This document shows, piece by piece, positions 1-10,513 of a stretch of 64,000 bases of DNA. The notes beneath the pieces were generated by a model. That model saw nothing but the letters and a program-made list of their open reading frames with translations, did no database searches and was not told where the DNA came from. Position 1 is the stretch's first letter; each line of letters opens with the position of its first letter. Source of the DNA: Abditibacteriaceae bacterium (lineage in GTDB: Bacteria; Armatimonadota; Abditibacteriia; Abditibacteriales; Abditibacteriaceae). Location: the NCBI GenBank assembly GCA_965277285.1, contig OZ255721.1, positions 704,001 to 768,000 of the forward strand, read 5' to 3'. The translations under genes were made by a program, and so were the position numbers.

Positions 1-727
1 GACCTTTGCGGCGCATTTGCGCGAATAAATCGCGGCACTTTGCGACATCGTTGTCCATGTGCGATTGATAGGCGTTCCAGCGCACCTGATGAATCTGCAC
101 CCAATCGCTTTTGTAAGCATCTTGCAACGCTTCAAAACTGTGGCAAGTGACGCCATGCGCGCGGATTTTGCCTTCGCTTTTGAACTTCTCGAACTCGGCC
201 AGGAGCGGCGAATATCGCGTGCTCCAATCGCTTTCTGTGACGCAATGCACCAGAAAGGAATCAACGTAATCGGTGTCCAGTTCGCGCAGAATCGTTTCCA
301 AACGCTGCCGCGCGTCTTGTGGATCGCGCGCATCGACCTTGCTTTGAATCACATATTGGTCGCGCGCGATGCCTTTCATGGCACGCCCGAAAAACGGGCC
401 GGAACCATACGAATCGGCCAAATCGAAAAAGTTGATGCCCTTGTCAAACGCGTGGCGCATCAGGCTTTTGAAACCGTCATCGCCCAATCGCGTTTGGTTG
501 GAACTGTTGCCAGAACCGAGAGTTCCGGTTCCAATTCCGACCAGAGAAATCTTCACGCCACTTTTGCCCAAAGCCACGCGCTCGGTCGCCTTGATTTTGC
601 CAGCGTTTGGTTGTGGTTGTGTTGGCGCGATTTCGTCGGGGCGTGCGGGGCGCAATCGTGAAGCTAAAGCTGCTGCGCCGGTGATGGAAAGTGCCATGCC
701 CACAAAATTCCGTCGTGTCATTTTCAT
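1..727 (-). CDS. Aldo/keto reductase with Tat-like N-terminus (runs off the window start)
   Basis: Manual translation of the minus strand, not in the ORF track: MKMTRRNFVGMALS...LGKSGVKISLVGIGT...AFDKGINFFDLADSYG...LRELDTDYVDSFLVH, which are typical AKR motifs. Confidence 0.85.
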   Translation of the reverse strand, partial: MKMTRRNFVGMALSITGAAALASRLRPARPDEIAPTQPQPNAGKIKATERVALGKSGVKISLVGIGTGTLGSGNSSNQTRLGDDGFKSLMRHAFDKGINFFDLADSYGSGPFFGRAMKGIARDQYVIQSKVDARDPQDARQRLETILRELDTDYVDSFLVHCVTESDWSTRYSPLLAEFEKFKSEGKIRAHGVTCHSFEALQDAYKSDWVQIHQVRWNAYQSHMDNDVAKCRDLFAQMRRKG

Positions 728-754
728 CACGTCCTAATTATCAGACCGAAGTTC

Positions 755-1225
755 TCAAATCCACAGTAGGAGAAGCGGCAACACTGTTCCCGCAATCAAC
801 AAGCCCCAGATCATGCGCCGGTCGCGGTTGTACTTGAAAGCCATGTAAATGCCCAAAAGCGTCGTATTGATGAGGCCAACGGACATGAACAACGTGAAGA
901 TTTTGAGGGGCAATGGCGACGGCCCACGATTTCCCTCTTCGCGCTCCGGCGGCACAGCATCTCGCAGCGCATCGTCTCCAGGCGGTTTGTTCTTCGCACC
1001 CTAACTTGCAGCTTGTGGGCGTCCACTCGGCGGCGGGCCATCATTTTCAGCGCGCAACTGCTGGTTTTTGTGAACTTGCGCCAGCGTCGCAATCCATGCC
1101 GGATGAGTTTCGCCGTTGTGGTTTTCGTGCAAGCCGAAAGTTTGCAACGCGCCCGTCAGGGCGAAGAACACAATCGCGGGCGCGAAAAAGACGCCCAGAT
1201 AAAGGCGAAGCTGTCGAACTTTTTC
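755..1225 (-). pseudogene. PepSY-associated TM-helix-like membrane protein, disrupted
   Basis: Minus frame reads RQLRLYLGVFFAPAIVFFALTGALQTFGLHE...HKNQ, then an in-frame TAG at 1001-1003, then continues into ORF 755..955 (LGIYMAFKY). No in-frame start codon. Confidence 0.65.
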
Positions 1226-1233
1226 GTCGTGAT

Positions 1234-1911
1234 TTACACCGTTTGGTCAAGCGGAAGATTGGCGTTTCCAGTACGCGATACTGGGTTCGTAGACACGCTG
1301 TTCGTGGACACGTTGGAGATAGGCGGATTGGTGCTGACTACGGTGTTGCCCGGTACAGCCGTAATGTCGGGCAGGGCGACGTTGGTAGGAATCTCGCCTT
1401 TGATCTGGGCTTCGGTGGTTGGCGTCGCAATCGCGGCATCGCGTCCCAACGACAAGCCGGGCGGCGCGGGCACGAACTTTTTGCCGCGCAGCGTATCGGA
1501 AATAAAGCCTTTGGAAACCGCGTAACCTAAAACGTGTCCGCTGTTTTCGTCGATGCACATATCGGCCAGCGTGCCCAGAACTTCGCCGGTTGAAGACAAA
1601 ACTTTGGTGCCGGACAGCACGCTTTCGTGGCTGGTCGGGTTTTGCGTGACGGCGTAAGTGCGCGGGTCTTGATGCAGTTTCATCAGCGACGCCGAACTTT
1701 CGACCATAATCGCGTCGCCATTGAAGTTTTTGACCAAACGCCAGGGCACGATGAGCGCGTCAATCAAGCCAAACAGGTCTTTGTCGGCCACGACGAGCGC
1801 CAGAATCTCGTTGTTTTCGTTGTCGAAGATGAGGTCGCGCACATGGCCGATAATTTTGCCGTCATTTTGCCCGACAATCGAACGTCCGAGCAGTGTTTTT
1901 CCTGTAATCAT
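1234..1911 (-). CDS. Tandem PRC-barrel domain protein
   Basis: Two PRC-like repeats (LLGRSIVGQNDGKIIGHVRDLIFD; LSGTKVLSSTGEVLGTLADMCID). Start taken at MITGK. Confidence 0.8.
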   Translation of the reverse strand: MITGKTLLGRSIVGQNDGKIIGHVRDLIFDNENNEILALVVADKDLFGLIDALIVPWRLVKNFNGDAIMVESSASLMKLHQDPRTYAVTQNPTSHESVLSGTKVLSSTGEVLGTLADMCIDENSGHVLGYAVSKGFISDTLRGKKFVPAPPGLSLGRDAAIATPTTEAQIKGEIPTNVALPDITAVPGNTVVSTNPPISNVSTNSVSTNPVSRTGNANLPLDQTV

Positions 1912-2210
1912 GGGAAGGTTCCGCCTTTGAAATTGGCCTTTTTGCGGGCAAATAACTGGCCGCGAAACCGTGTCGAATAATATCGAGAAAGCGGTTAAAC
2001 TGCGGCTGTTAGGAAGCGAACGCATCTGCCGGAGACGCGTCTCGCTTTTGCACGGCAACGAAAACGAAACAAATCGTTAATCCAACTGACTTCGTTCAAG
2101 TTGGCTTCAACCCGATTGGCTTCGTTCCCGAAATAGATTGTTGACGTGACTTTTATAATGGCACTGCGACCGCTCCGGCGATTGAACTTCGGCGGTTGCA
2201 GCGAAGCGAC

Positions 2211-5200
2211 ATGAACAGACAAACCACCGACCGTGATCTCGAACGCCTGGCCGACCTTCTGCCCGCCAGCGCCAACCTCGCTTTTGTCGAGGAAATTTTC
2301 GCCGCCTACCAGGACGATCCCAATTCCGCGCCACCCGAATGGCGCGCTTATTTCGAGCAACTTTCTCCGCAAAATGGCGCTTCCAACGGCAACGCCAATA
2401 GTGCTACCAACGGATCGAGTACTCGAAACGGGAACGGTCACGCAAACGGCAATGGCGCGAACGGAAAAAGCACCAATGGAAACGGCACCAATGGTCATGC
2501 GACGAACGGGCATTTCAAATTGGGGCCGTCGTTTGCGCCATCCAGCATTTTTAATCCGCAATCGTTGACTCATGGCGCGCCAATCGATAGCGCGACGACG
2601 GTTAGAGAAAATCCCGCGACTTCGCAGGGCACGGCGACTTATTTACAAGCGTCGCACGCCAGCGGTTCTTCTTCGGCGCAGGAAATCAAAACTTCGCAGG
2701 AACGCGTCGGCCAGTTCATCCGCGCTTTTCGCGTGCGCGGTCACATGATCGCGCAGCTCGATCCTTTGGGCTTGCCGCGTCCGGTTCCGACCGAACTTGA
2801 ACTGTCCTATTACGGCTTTGACCAGTCCGATCTCGACCGGCCTTTTGCGGCGGAAGAAAGTTTGGGCGGCGTGCAACCGTTGCGCGATATTCTCGACCGT
2901 TTGCGCGACACGTATTGTCGCGGCATCGGCGTGCAATTCACGCACATCGACGACCTGGATGTGCGCTTGTGGCTGCAAAACCGCATAGAGAGTACGCGCA
3001 ACCACATCGAGCTCTCGCGCGAAGAACAAGTGCGCATCCTGACGCGCCTGACCGATGCCGTGATCTTTGAAGAATTCATTCGACGCAAGTTCGTCGGCGC
3101 GAAATCGTTCAGTCTGGAAGGCGCCGAAAGCTTGATTCCCTTGCTCGATCTGGCGATTGAAGAAGCGGGCGAAAGCGGCGTTTCACAGATCGTCGTTGGC
3201 ATGGCGCATCGTGGTCGCTTGAACGTGTTGGCGAACATCATCGGCAAAAGCCCGCGCCAGATTTTCGCCGAATTTGAAGACCGCGACGCAGATCTTTACA
3301 GCGGCGGCGGCGACGTGAAATACCACTTGGGATACGTCAACGATTTCAAAACGGCCAGCGGCAAGCGCGTCGAACTTTCGTTGTGCTTCAATCCCAGTCA
3401 CTTGGAGTTCGTCAATCCAGTGGCGATGGGACGCACGCGCGCTAAGCAGGATCACAGCGGCGACACCGAGCGTTCGCAAGGCATGACGCTGCTGATTCAC
3501 GGCGACGCGGCGTTCGCGGGCGAGGGCATTATTCAAGAAACGCTGAACATGAGCCAGCTTCCGGCTTACACAGTCGGCGGCACGCTTCACGTCGTGGTTA
3601 ACAATCAGATTGGTTTCACGACGGCGCCCAGTGAATCGCGCTCGAGCGTTTACGCGACCGATGTCGCCAAGATGCTGCAAGTGCCGATTTTTCACGTCAA
3701 TGGCGAAGACCCGGAAGCGGTGGCGACAGTTGTCAAAATGGCGCTCGATTTTCGCCGAGTGTGGGGCCGCGATGTCGTAATCGATATGTATTGCTATCGC
3801 CGCTTGGGGCACAACGAAGCGGATGAGCCGAGTTTCACGCAGCCTTTGATGTATAAGGCGATTCAGGCGCGCAAATCCGTCCGCGAAGGTTATCTCGACA
3901 AACTCTTGCAAATGGGCGGCGTAACGCGCGATGAAGCGGACGCGATTGCCAACCGGCGTCGTCAATTGCTGGAAGACGAACTGGCGCGAGCGCGCAGCGA
4001 CGATTACCATTTGCCGGTGCGTACCGCGTCCTGGAACGATTATAAAGGTGGCCTGGAAGAAGACGCGCCGAACGTTCCCACAGCGGTTGAGCACGCGCGT
4101 TTGAGTACTCTACTGGAAGCGACGACGCGCTTGCCGGAAGATTTTCATCCGCATCCCGTCATCAAAAAACTTCTGGCGACGCGATTGGCGATGGCGCAAG
4201 GCGTTCAACCTTTGAACTGGGCGGCGGGCGAAGCATTGGCGTTTGCGACGTTGGCGACCGAACCGAAGCGTCCGGTTCACGTTCGCTTGACGGGACAAGA
4301 TGTTGAGCGCGGAACGTTTTCTCATCGTCACGCCGTTTTGCACGATGTGGAAACCGACCGCGTTTACGCGCCGCTGCGCCACCTTTCGAGTACTCAAGCG
4401 CCGATTGATATCTACAATTCTCCGCTTTCGGAAACCGGCGTTCTGGGTTTTGAATACGGCTACAGCCTGGATTCGCTGCGCGGTTTGACGTTGTGGGAAG
4501 CGCAGTTCGGCGATTTTTGGAACGTGGCGCAACCGATTGTCGATCAATTTATCATCAGTGCGGAAGACAAATGGCAGCATTTGAGCGGGCTTGTGATGCT
4601 GCTGCCTCATGGTTTTGAAGGCATGGGGCCGGAACACTCGAGCGCTCGCCTGGAACGTTTTTTGATGCTGGCGGCGGAAGACAACATTCAAGTCGTTTAT
4701 CCCACGACTCCGGCGCAATATTTCCACTTGCTGCGACGCCAGGTTTTGCGACCGTGGAGAAAACCGCTGGTTGTGATGTCGCCCAAGAGTTTGCTGCGCC
4801 ACTTGGAAGCGGTGTCGCCTCTGGAAGATTTTGCGAACGGAACATGGCAGCCAATTTTGCCGGACAACGGCGAGCGCGCTGCGCAAAGCGTCAATCGCGT
4901 GCTGCTTTGCACCGGCAAGATTTACTACGAACTGGACAAAGAGCGCGAAAGCTGCGGACGCAACGATGTGGCGATTTTGCGATTGGAGCAATTATATCCG
5001 TTCGATAAGCAAAAATTGGTGGATGCGCTGTCGCCATATCGTGCGGATGTCGAAGTCGTGTGGGTTCAGGAAGAGCCGGAAAATATGGGCGCGTGGCGTT
5101 TTATGAAGCTGAGGTTCTGCCAGGGAATGTTCGGCCACTCGTTCAAAGGCGTTTATCGCCCGGCTTCAGCCAGCCCCGCGACCGGTTCGGCGAGCAGTCA

Positions 5201-5246
5201 CAAAAAGGAACAAGAACGAATCTTAAACGCCGTGTTCGGCGAGTAA
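2211..5246 (+). CDS. sucA: 2-oxoglutarate dehydrogenase E1
   Basis: GAKSFSLEG, GMAHRGRLN, GDVKYHLG, HGDAAFAGEG (TPP) and LWEAQFGDF motifs; followed by sucB and lpdA. Confidence 0.97.
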   Translation: MNRQTTDRDLERLADLLPASANLAFVEEIFAAYQDDPNSAPPEWRAYFEQLSPQNGASNGNANSATNGSSTRNGNGHANGNGANGKSTNGNGTNGHATNGHFKLGPSFAPSSIFNPQSLTHGAPIDSATTVRENPATSQGTATYLQASHASGSSSAQEIKTSQERVGQFIRAFRVRGHMIAQLDPLGLPRPVPTELELSYYGFDQSDLDRPFAAEESLGGVQPLRDILDRLRDTYCRGIGVQFTHIDDLDVRLWLQNRIESTRNHIELSREEQVRILTRLTDAVIFEEFIRRKFVGAKSFSLEGAESLIPLLDLAIEEAGESGVSQIVVGMAHRGRLNVLANIIGKSPRQIFAEFEDRDADLYSGGGDVKYHLGYVNDFKTASGKRVELSLCFNPSHLEFVNPVAMGRTRAKQDHSGDTERSQGMTLLIHGDAAFAGEGIIQETLNMSQLPAYTVGGTLHVVVNNQIGFTTAPSESRSSVYATDVAKMLQVPIFHVNGEDPEAVATVVKMALDFRRVWGRDVVIDMYCYRRLGHNEADEPSFTQPLMYKAIQARKSVREGYLDKLLQMGGVTRDEADAIANRRRQLLEDELARARSDDYHLPVRTASWNDYKGGLEEDAPNVPTAVEHARLSTLLEATTRLPEDFHPHPVIKKLLATRLAMAQGVQPLNWAAGEALAFATLATEPKRPVHVRLTGQDVERGTFSHRHAVLHDVETDRVYAPLRHLSSTQAPIDIYNSPLSETGVLGFEYGYSLDSLRGLTLWEAQFGDFWNVAQPIVDQFIISAEDKWQHLSGLVMLLPHGFEGMGPEHSSARLERFLMLAAEDNIQVVYPTTPAQYFHLLRRQVLRPWRKPLVVMSPKSLLRHLEAVSPLEDFANGTWQPILPDNGERAAQSVNRVLLCTGKIYYELDKERESCGRNDVAILRLEQLYPFDKQKLVDALSPYRADVEVVWVQEEPENMGAWRFMKLRFCQGMFGHSFKGVYRPASASPATGSASSHKKEQERILNAVFGE

Positions 5247-5300
5247 GAAAATAATGAATGATGAACGCGAAATGATGAATAGAAGACCTAGGCTGACGAC

Positions 5301-5369
5301 TTCGTCATTCTAAGTGAAGCGAAGAATCCGGCGTGATGTTAGATTCTTCGTTTTACTCAGAATGACGAA
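5301..5369. repeat. REP-like inverted repeat, GTCATTCTGAG..GAAGAATC family (copy 1)
   Basis: ttcgtcattctaagtgaagcgaagaatc ... gattcttcgttttactcagaatgacgaa. Confidence 0.85.
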
Positions 5370-5442
5370 CTCGCAGTATCGAGTACTCGATATTTCCTCA
5401 TTTCGGATTCTTTATTCCGTAATCTAAACGCGGAGCTTTTAT

Positions 5443-6894
5443 ATGCCAGTTGAACTGACGGTTCCCAAAGTTGGCGAGTCTATTACACAAGTCGAAGTCG
5501 GCGATTGGTTGAAAAAAGATGGCGAGCGCGTCGAGCGTGATGAAACGATTGTCATTTTAGAAAGCGAAAAAACGACGGTCGAATTGCCGTCGCCCGTCGC
5601 CGGCGTGCTGACGAAAATCGTCAAGCCAACCGGCGAAACCGTCGGCATCGGCGAAGTTTTGGCGTTGATAGAAGAAGGCGCCACAGTTGCGGACGTCGGA
5701 AACGCGAAACCCGAATCTGGAAGCGCCTCGTCCAACGGCGTTGCTCACGGCGCGCAGCAACCGGAATGGAACGAACCCGCGCATTTGGATCAACAGGAAA
5801 CCGTGACGCCACAAACTGCCAACCCGAGTTTTGGCGTGGCTGGCGGCGGAGTTCCGCACGAAGCGCAAACCGCGGAATCGGCTTTGGGCGCGGACGGTGG
5901 CGCCAAACCGACGGCGGAATCGCAAGCCGCTGTGGTTTTGCAGACGGCAGCCGAAGCCAGCGCGCCGGTCGGCACCGATGCGCGCGTTATGCCATCTGCC
6001 GCGCGCATTCTGGCGCAACATAACCTGAGCGCGAGTGAAATTCAGGCGAGTGGGCCCGGCGACCGCATTTTGAAAGAAGACGTGATGCGCCATGTCGAAA
6101 ACGCGCCTCTCGCTCCGCAACCGCAAGTTGCTCCACCAACACAAACTGCGCCATCGAGTACTGGAAACGCAGCTCCGGCGTTGACCGAAGTGCGTGCCGA
6201 CGAAGAAGCCGTGCCGATGAGTTTTCTGCGCCGCAAAGTCGCCGAACGTTTGGTGGAAGCACAGCAAACCGCCGCGCTTTTGACGACCTTCAACGAAATC
6301 GACATGACGGCTGTGATGGAAATGCGCAAGGCGCTTCAAGATCAGTTCACCAAAAAACATGGCGTCAAGTTGGGCTTCATGTCGTTTTTCGTGAAAGCCA
6401 GCGTCGATGCCTTGAAGCAAATTCCGGGCGTTAATGCCGAAATTCGCGGGCGCGACATCGTTTATAAAAACCATTACGACATCGGCGTGGCGATTGGTGG
6501 CGGCAAAGGTTTAGTGGTTCCGGTTCTGAAAAACGCCGAGCGCATGAGTTTTGCCGAAGTTGAAAAGAAGATCGGCGATTACGCGGTTCGCGCTAAAGAC
6601 GGCAAACTTTTGCCCGATGAATTGATGGGCGGCACGTTCACCATTACCAACGGCGGCATTTATGGTTCTCTTTTGAGCACACCGATTGTCAATCCTCCGC
6701 AAAGCGGCATTTTGGGAATGCACACTATTCAGGAACGCCCGATTGCGCTCAACGGTCAGGTCGTGATTCGCCCGATGATGTATGTCGCGCTGACTTACGA
6801 TCATCGTTTAGTCGATGGCCGCGAAGCCGTCACGTTCCTGATGCGCATCAAAGACTGTATCGAAAACCCCGCGCGTATGCTGATGGAAGTTTAG
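5443..6894 (+). CDS. sucB: Dihydrolipoamide succinyltransferase E2
   Basis: Lipoyl domain ([12 protein letters not shown]), E3-binding domain, catalytic [10 protein letters not shown]. Confidence 0.97.
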   Translation: MPVELTVPKVGESITQVEVGDWLKKDGERVERDETIVILESEKTTVELPSPVAGVLTKIVKPTGETVGIGEVLALIEEGATVADVGNAKPESGSASSNGVAHGAQQPEWNEPAHLDQQETVTPQTANPSFGVAGGGVPHEAQTAESALGADGGAKPTAESQAAVVLQTAAEASAPVGTDARVMPSAARILAQHNLSASEIQASGPGDRILKEDVMRHVENAPLAPQPQVAPPTQTAPSSTGNAAPALTEVRADEEAVPMSFLRRKVAERLVEAQQTAALLTTFNEIDMTAVMEMRKALQDQFTKKHGVKLGFMSFFVKASVDALKQIPGVNAEIRGRDIVYKNHYDIGVAIGGGKGLVVPVLKNAERMSFAEVEKKIGDYAVRAKDGKLLPDELMGGTFTITNGGIYGSLLSTPIVNPPQSGILGMHTIQERPIALNGQVVIRPMMYVALTYDHRLVDGREAVTFLMRIKDCIENPARMLMEV

Positions 6895-6900
6895 GAAGTT

Positions 6901-7024
6901 GGGACACGGATTTCATACACGAATTGAACGGGTTTGCACAGATTAGAAAACAAGGAAACGAGTACTCGATCCTTTCTTTTTATCCGTGTTCATCCGTTTA
7001 ATCCGCGTATGAAATCCGTGTCCC
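6901..7024. repeat. Intergenic inverted repeat with a HIP core at its centre
   Basis: gggacacggatttcatac ... gtatgaaatccgtgtccc (18-bp arms); CGAGTACTCG at 6959. Confidence 0.75.
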
Positions 7025-7042
7025 ATTTTGTTTTGAGGTTTT

Positions 7043-8437
7043 ATGAAACAACACGATTTAGTTATTATTGGTGGCGGGCCGGGCGGTTATCCCGCCGCGA
7101 TTCGGGCGGCGCAATTAGGCTTGAACGTCGCGTGCATCGAGCAGGAAGAACCGTTGGGCGGAACTTGCGTGCGCATCGGCTGCATTCCGTCCAAAGCCTT
7201 GCTGGAATCGAGCGAGCGCTTGGTCGCCATTCAAGAAGAAGCCAAAGTTCATGGCATTAACGTTGACGGCGTTTCGCTCGACCTGGCGCAGATGATGAAG
7301 CGCAAAACCGATGTCGTGAAAACCTTGACCGGCGGCGTCGCGTTTTTGTTGAAGAAACACAAAATCACGCGCTATTTTGGGCACGGAAGAATTGTCGCGC
7401 CGAATCGAGTACTCGTTGAAGGTAAAGACGCCGAAGAAATCGAAGCGAAGAATATCATCATTGCGACAGGCAGCAAAAGCGCCAATTTGCGTGGCGTCGA
7501 GGTTGATGGAGAACGCATTGTAACTTCGACCGAAGCCTTGAGTTTTCCTGCAGTGCCGCAGCATTTGATCGTTATCGGCGGTGGTTACATCGGTTTGGAA
7601 TTGGGTTCGGTGTGGAAAAGGTTGGGCGCGAAAGTCACGGTTCTGGAATATCTGCCGCGCATTTTGCCTGGCATGGACAGCGAAATCGCTGACGAAGCGC
7701 TGAAAATTTTCAAGAAGCAAGGTCTGGAATTCAAACTCGGCGTGAAAGTTGTCGGTGCCAAAGTCGAAGGTGAAGAAGCGGTTGTTGAAATCGAAGGCGC
7801 GGACGGCAAAACCGAACAAGTTCACGCAGATCGAGTACTCGTTTCGGTCGGGCGCGTGCCGAACACCGATAATCTGGGTTTAGAAACTGTCGATGTAAAG
7901 ACGGATGAGCGCGGTCGCGTGATTGTGAACGAGAATTACGCGACGAACGTGCCGAATATCTACGCGATTGGCGACGTAATCGCCGGGCCGATGCTGGCGC
8001 ACAAAGCGACTGAAGAAGGCATCGCTTGCGTCGAGAAAATCGTCACCGGTTACGGTCACGTCAATTACAACACGATTCCTGGCATCGTTTATACCGAACC
8101 GGAAATCGCCAGCGTCGGGCAAAGTGAAGACAACCTGAAGGAGTTGGGAACGGCTTACAAAAAAGGCGTTTTTCCATTTGCAGCGAGTGGACGCGCGCGC
8201 GCTATTGGTCACATCGAAGGTCGCGTCAAAGTCTTGGCCGATGCAAAAACAGATCGGGTACTGGGTGTTCATATTATCGGCCCGCGCGCCGGAGATTTGA
8301 TCGCCGAAGCGGTTGCCGCCATGGAGTTTGGCGCGAGCAGCGAAGACATCGCGCGCGTTTGCCACGCTCATCCAACACTGAGCGAAAGTTTGCACGAAGC
8401 CGCACTTGCCGTTGATGGTCGCGCGTTGCACATTTGA
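7043..8437 (+). CDS. lpdA: Dihydrolipoamide dehydrogenase E3
   Basis: GGGPGGY, GGTCVRIGCIPSK redox disulfide, HAHPTLSE. Confidence 0.97.
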   Translation: MKQHDLVIIGGGPGGYPAAIRAAQLGLNVACIEQEEPLGGTCVRIGCIPSKALLESSERLVAIQEEAKVHGINVDGVSLDLAQMMKRKTDVVKTLTGGVAFLLKKHKITRYFGHGRIVAPNRVLVEGKDAEEIEAKNIIIATGSKSANLRGVEVDGERIVTSTEALSFPAVPQHLIVIGGGYIGLELGSVWKRLGAKVTVLEYLPRILPGMDSEIADEALKIFKKQGLEFKLGVKVVGAKVEGEEAVVEIEGADGKTEQVHADRVLVSVGRVPNTDNLGLETVDVKTDERGRVIVNENYATNVPNIYAIGDVIAGPMLAHKATEEGIACVEKIVTGYGHVNYNTIPGIVYTEPEIASVGQSEDNLKELGTAYKKGVFPFAASGRARAIGHIEGRVKVLADAKTDRVLGVHIIGPRAGDLIAEAVAAMEFGASSEDIARVCHAHPTLSESLHEAALAVDGRALHI

Positions 8438-8454
8438 AATTGACCAGTGAAGAT

Positions 8455-8536
8455 TGTAGGGACGCAGTTCACTGCGTCCGGCTCTTGCGAGCGCGATCTT
8501 CGCACTTGACCGGACGCAGTGAACTGCGTCCCTACA
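8455..8536. repeat. GTAG-type REP dimer (REPIN-like)
   Basis: tgtagggacgcagttcactgcgtccgg ... ccggacgcagtgaactgcgtccctaca; each arm is itself palindromic. Confidence 0.85.
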
Positions 8537-8599
8537 GGTTCTAAAGCATCGTTTTTCAGTACTCGATAAGTTCTTTACGCGCCTTTCGCGGGCTATTCT

Positions 8600-9016
8600 T
8601 CATGGGACGAAAATCGAGCGTGGCGCCTGCGGGAAAGCGTTGGCGAACTCCTGGTTTTCCACGTCGCCGTTATAAATGCGACGTTTGACGCGCCAGCGAT
8701 TGTTTTCGCGGTGCAGCAGCGCGGTAAAGTTGGTGCCGCTGCCTTCGGAGAAAATGCCGCCTGGTTTGCTGCCGTCCGCATAGGCGAAATCGCCTTCGAC
8801 ATACGCCCAGCCGCGCTCGACTTTGAAATCATACGGCGTGATGATCGCTTTGTGGCGTCCATCGCCTAAAACGCGGCGCAGCGAGTTCATAATGGCGACG
8901 CGTTCCGCCGAACCGCGCGGCGGCGTGTGCGGCGCCGCAAAAGCCGTGTGCGTCCACAAAGTGCTGGCAACTAGACAAATCGCGGACGTTCGCTTGATAT
9001 TGCGTTGAACGTTCAT
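8600..9016 (-). CDS. Secreted hypothetical protein
   Basis: Signal peptide ending AFA; P..GS.ER.AIM motif, WAYV, ALL....WRV; no family recognised. Confidence 0.7.
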   Translation of the reverse strand: MNVQRNIKRTSAICLVASTLWTHTAFAAPHTPPRGSAERVAIMNSLRRVLGDGRHKAIITPYDFKVERGWAYVEGDFAYADGSKPGGIFSEGSGTNFTALLHRENNRWRVKRRIYNGDVENQEFANAFPQAPRSIFVP

Positions 9017-9118
9017 CTTTTTCTCCTTTTGAAAATGGCAGGCCGACGCATGGCGCAAGTCGCAGACCAAGAATCGCGTCCCATTGCCGTCCTTTGCTGC
9101 ACTGATAAACTGCGACGC

Positions 9119-10414
9119 ATGGCGTATTTATCGCAGATTCTGCGCAAACGAGTACTCGATTCAGTCGGGCAACCGATTGGTCGCATCGAAGACTTGGCAA
9201 TCACGGTTGAAGAACCTTTTGGCGGCGAGTTTCCGCCGGTGACTCTCGTTCTGGTACGCGCTGGCAGCACAGTTTTGCGTTTGCGATGGGAACTGATTTC
9301 CGACTTGAACGCAGTTGGTGGCAACGTTTGTTTGCTTGATGAGCCGCGCGCGCGTCTCACTATCGGCCAGGAAAAAGAAGGCGAGGTTTATCTCAAGCGC
9401 GACGTTTTAGACAAGCAAATCCTCGACATCGCCAATTATCGCGTGGTTCGCGTCAACGATATTTATTTGCAAGAAGACGGCGATCAACTGCGCGCAGCGG
9501 GCGTTGATGTCTCGTTTCGCGGACTTTTGCGGCGCATTCGACTGGAAAATCGCCTGGTGACGATTACGCGCAAGTTGGGCGCGCCGATGCATCGCCAGCA
9601 CATTCCGTGGAATCAGGTCGAAGTGATGCGGACGGAAAGCGGCGGCAAAATACAACTCAAAGTGCCGACCGATAAATTGTCGAAATTGCATCCGACCGAC
9701 TTGGCGGCGATTGTTCATCAGATGAGTCCGGTTGAGCGCCAGGAAGTTTTCGAGCAATTGGATGTCGAAACTGCCGCGACAACACTCGAAGAAATGGACG
9801 ATGAGTTGGCGGCGGACATCGTGGAAAGTCTGCCCAACGAGCGCGCGGCGGACATCATTGAGGAAATGGATCCTGATGAAGCCGCCGACGTTTTGGGCGA
9901 AATGGATTCGCCGGAAGAAACGCAGGCGATTTTAGGTTTGATGGACGACCCCGAAGAAGCCGCCGATATTCAGCATTTGTTGAGTTACGAAGAAGGCACG
10001 GCGGGCGCTTTGATGACGACGAACGTGGTCGAAATTCCGCGCGACCTGACAACAGATCGAGTACTCGAACGCTTGCGCGCCGAACAGCCCGATCCGAGCG
10101 CGCTGCATTATTTGTATGTGCATGATGAAAACGAAAAACTTGTCGGCGTGATTAGCCTGGCGGAAATTGCCCTTGCCGCGCCGCATACTCCGCTTAGCGA
10201 AATCATGCATAAAAATGAGGAAATTGTATCGGTCGGGCCGCAAGCCGACGCCGAAGAATGCGCGCGTCTCATTGCCAAATACGATTTGCTGTCGCTTCCT
10301 GTTCTCGATTTGCATGGTTCTTTGTTGGGTGCAGTGACGGTGGACGACGTTCTGGACGTAATCGCGCCCGACGAATGGAAAGCGCACATCCCGCGCGTTT
10401 TCGCCCGCAGCTAA
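9119..10414 (+). CDS. MgtE-like cytosolic protein (PRC barrel + MgtE-N + CBS pair, no TM domain)
   Basis: LHPTDLAAIV, TAGALMTT, LYVHDENEKLVGVISL, GAVTVDDVLD; no hydrophobic C-terminal domain. Confidence 0.85.
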   Translation: MAYLSQILRKRVLDSVGQPIGRIEDLAITVEEPFGGEFPPVTLVLVRAGSTVLRLRWELISDLNAVGGNVCLLDEPRARLTIGQEKEGEVYLKRDVLDKQILDIANYRVVRVNDIYLQEDGDQLRAAGVDVSFRGLLRRIRLENRLVTITRKLGAPMHRQHIPWNQVEVMRTESGGKIQLKVPTDKLSKLHPTDLAAIVHQMSPVERQEVFEQLDVETAATTLEEMDDELAADIVESLPNERAADIIEEMDPDEAADVLGEMDSPEETQAILGLMDDPEEAADIQHLLSYEEGTAGALMTTNVVEIPRDLTTDRVLERLRAEQPDPSALHYLYVHDENEKLVGVISLAEIALAAPHTPLSEIMHKNEEIVSVGPQADAEECARLIAKYDLLSLPVLDLHGSLLGAVTVDDVLDVIAPDEWKAHIPRVFARS

Positions 10415-10415
10415 C

Positions 10416-10505
10416 CAACGAACCCGAAGCGCGAGCGACGGGCTTCGCCTATAAGTATGATGTAACTGAGCGTTTAAGCCCGTCGCTTACGCTCGGGGTT
10501 CGTTG
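10416..10505. repeat. REP-like inverted repeat, AACCCGAAGCG(T/C)(G/A)AGCGA family (copy 1)
   Basis: caacgaacccgaagcgcgagcgacgggctt ... aagcccgtcgcttacgctcggggttcgttg. Confidence 0.85.
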
Positions 10506-10513
10506 ATAATATT

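Noticed and set aside
1001..1003. Pyrrolysine or amber readthrough
   Set aside because: The gene has other lesions and TAG is used as a normal stop elsewhere (sucB, ubiA)
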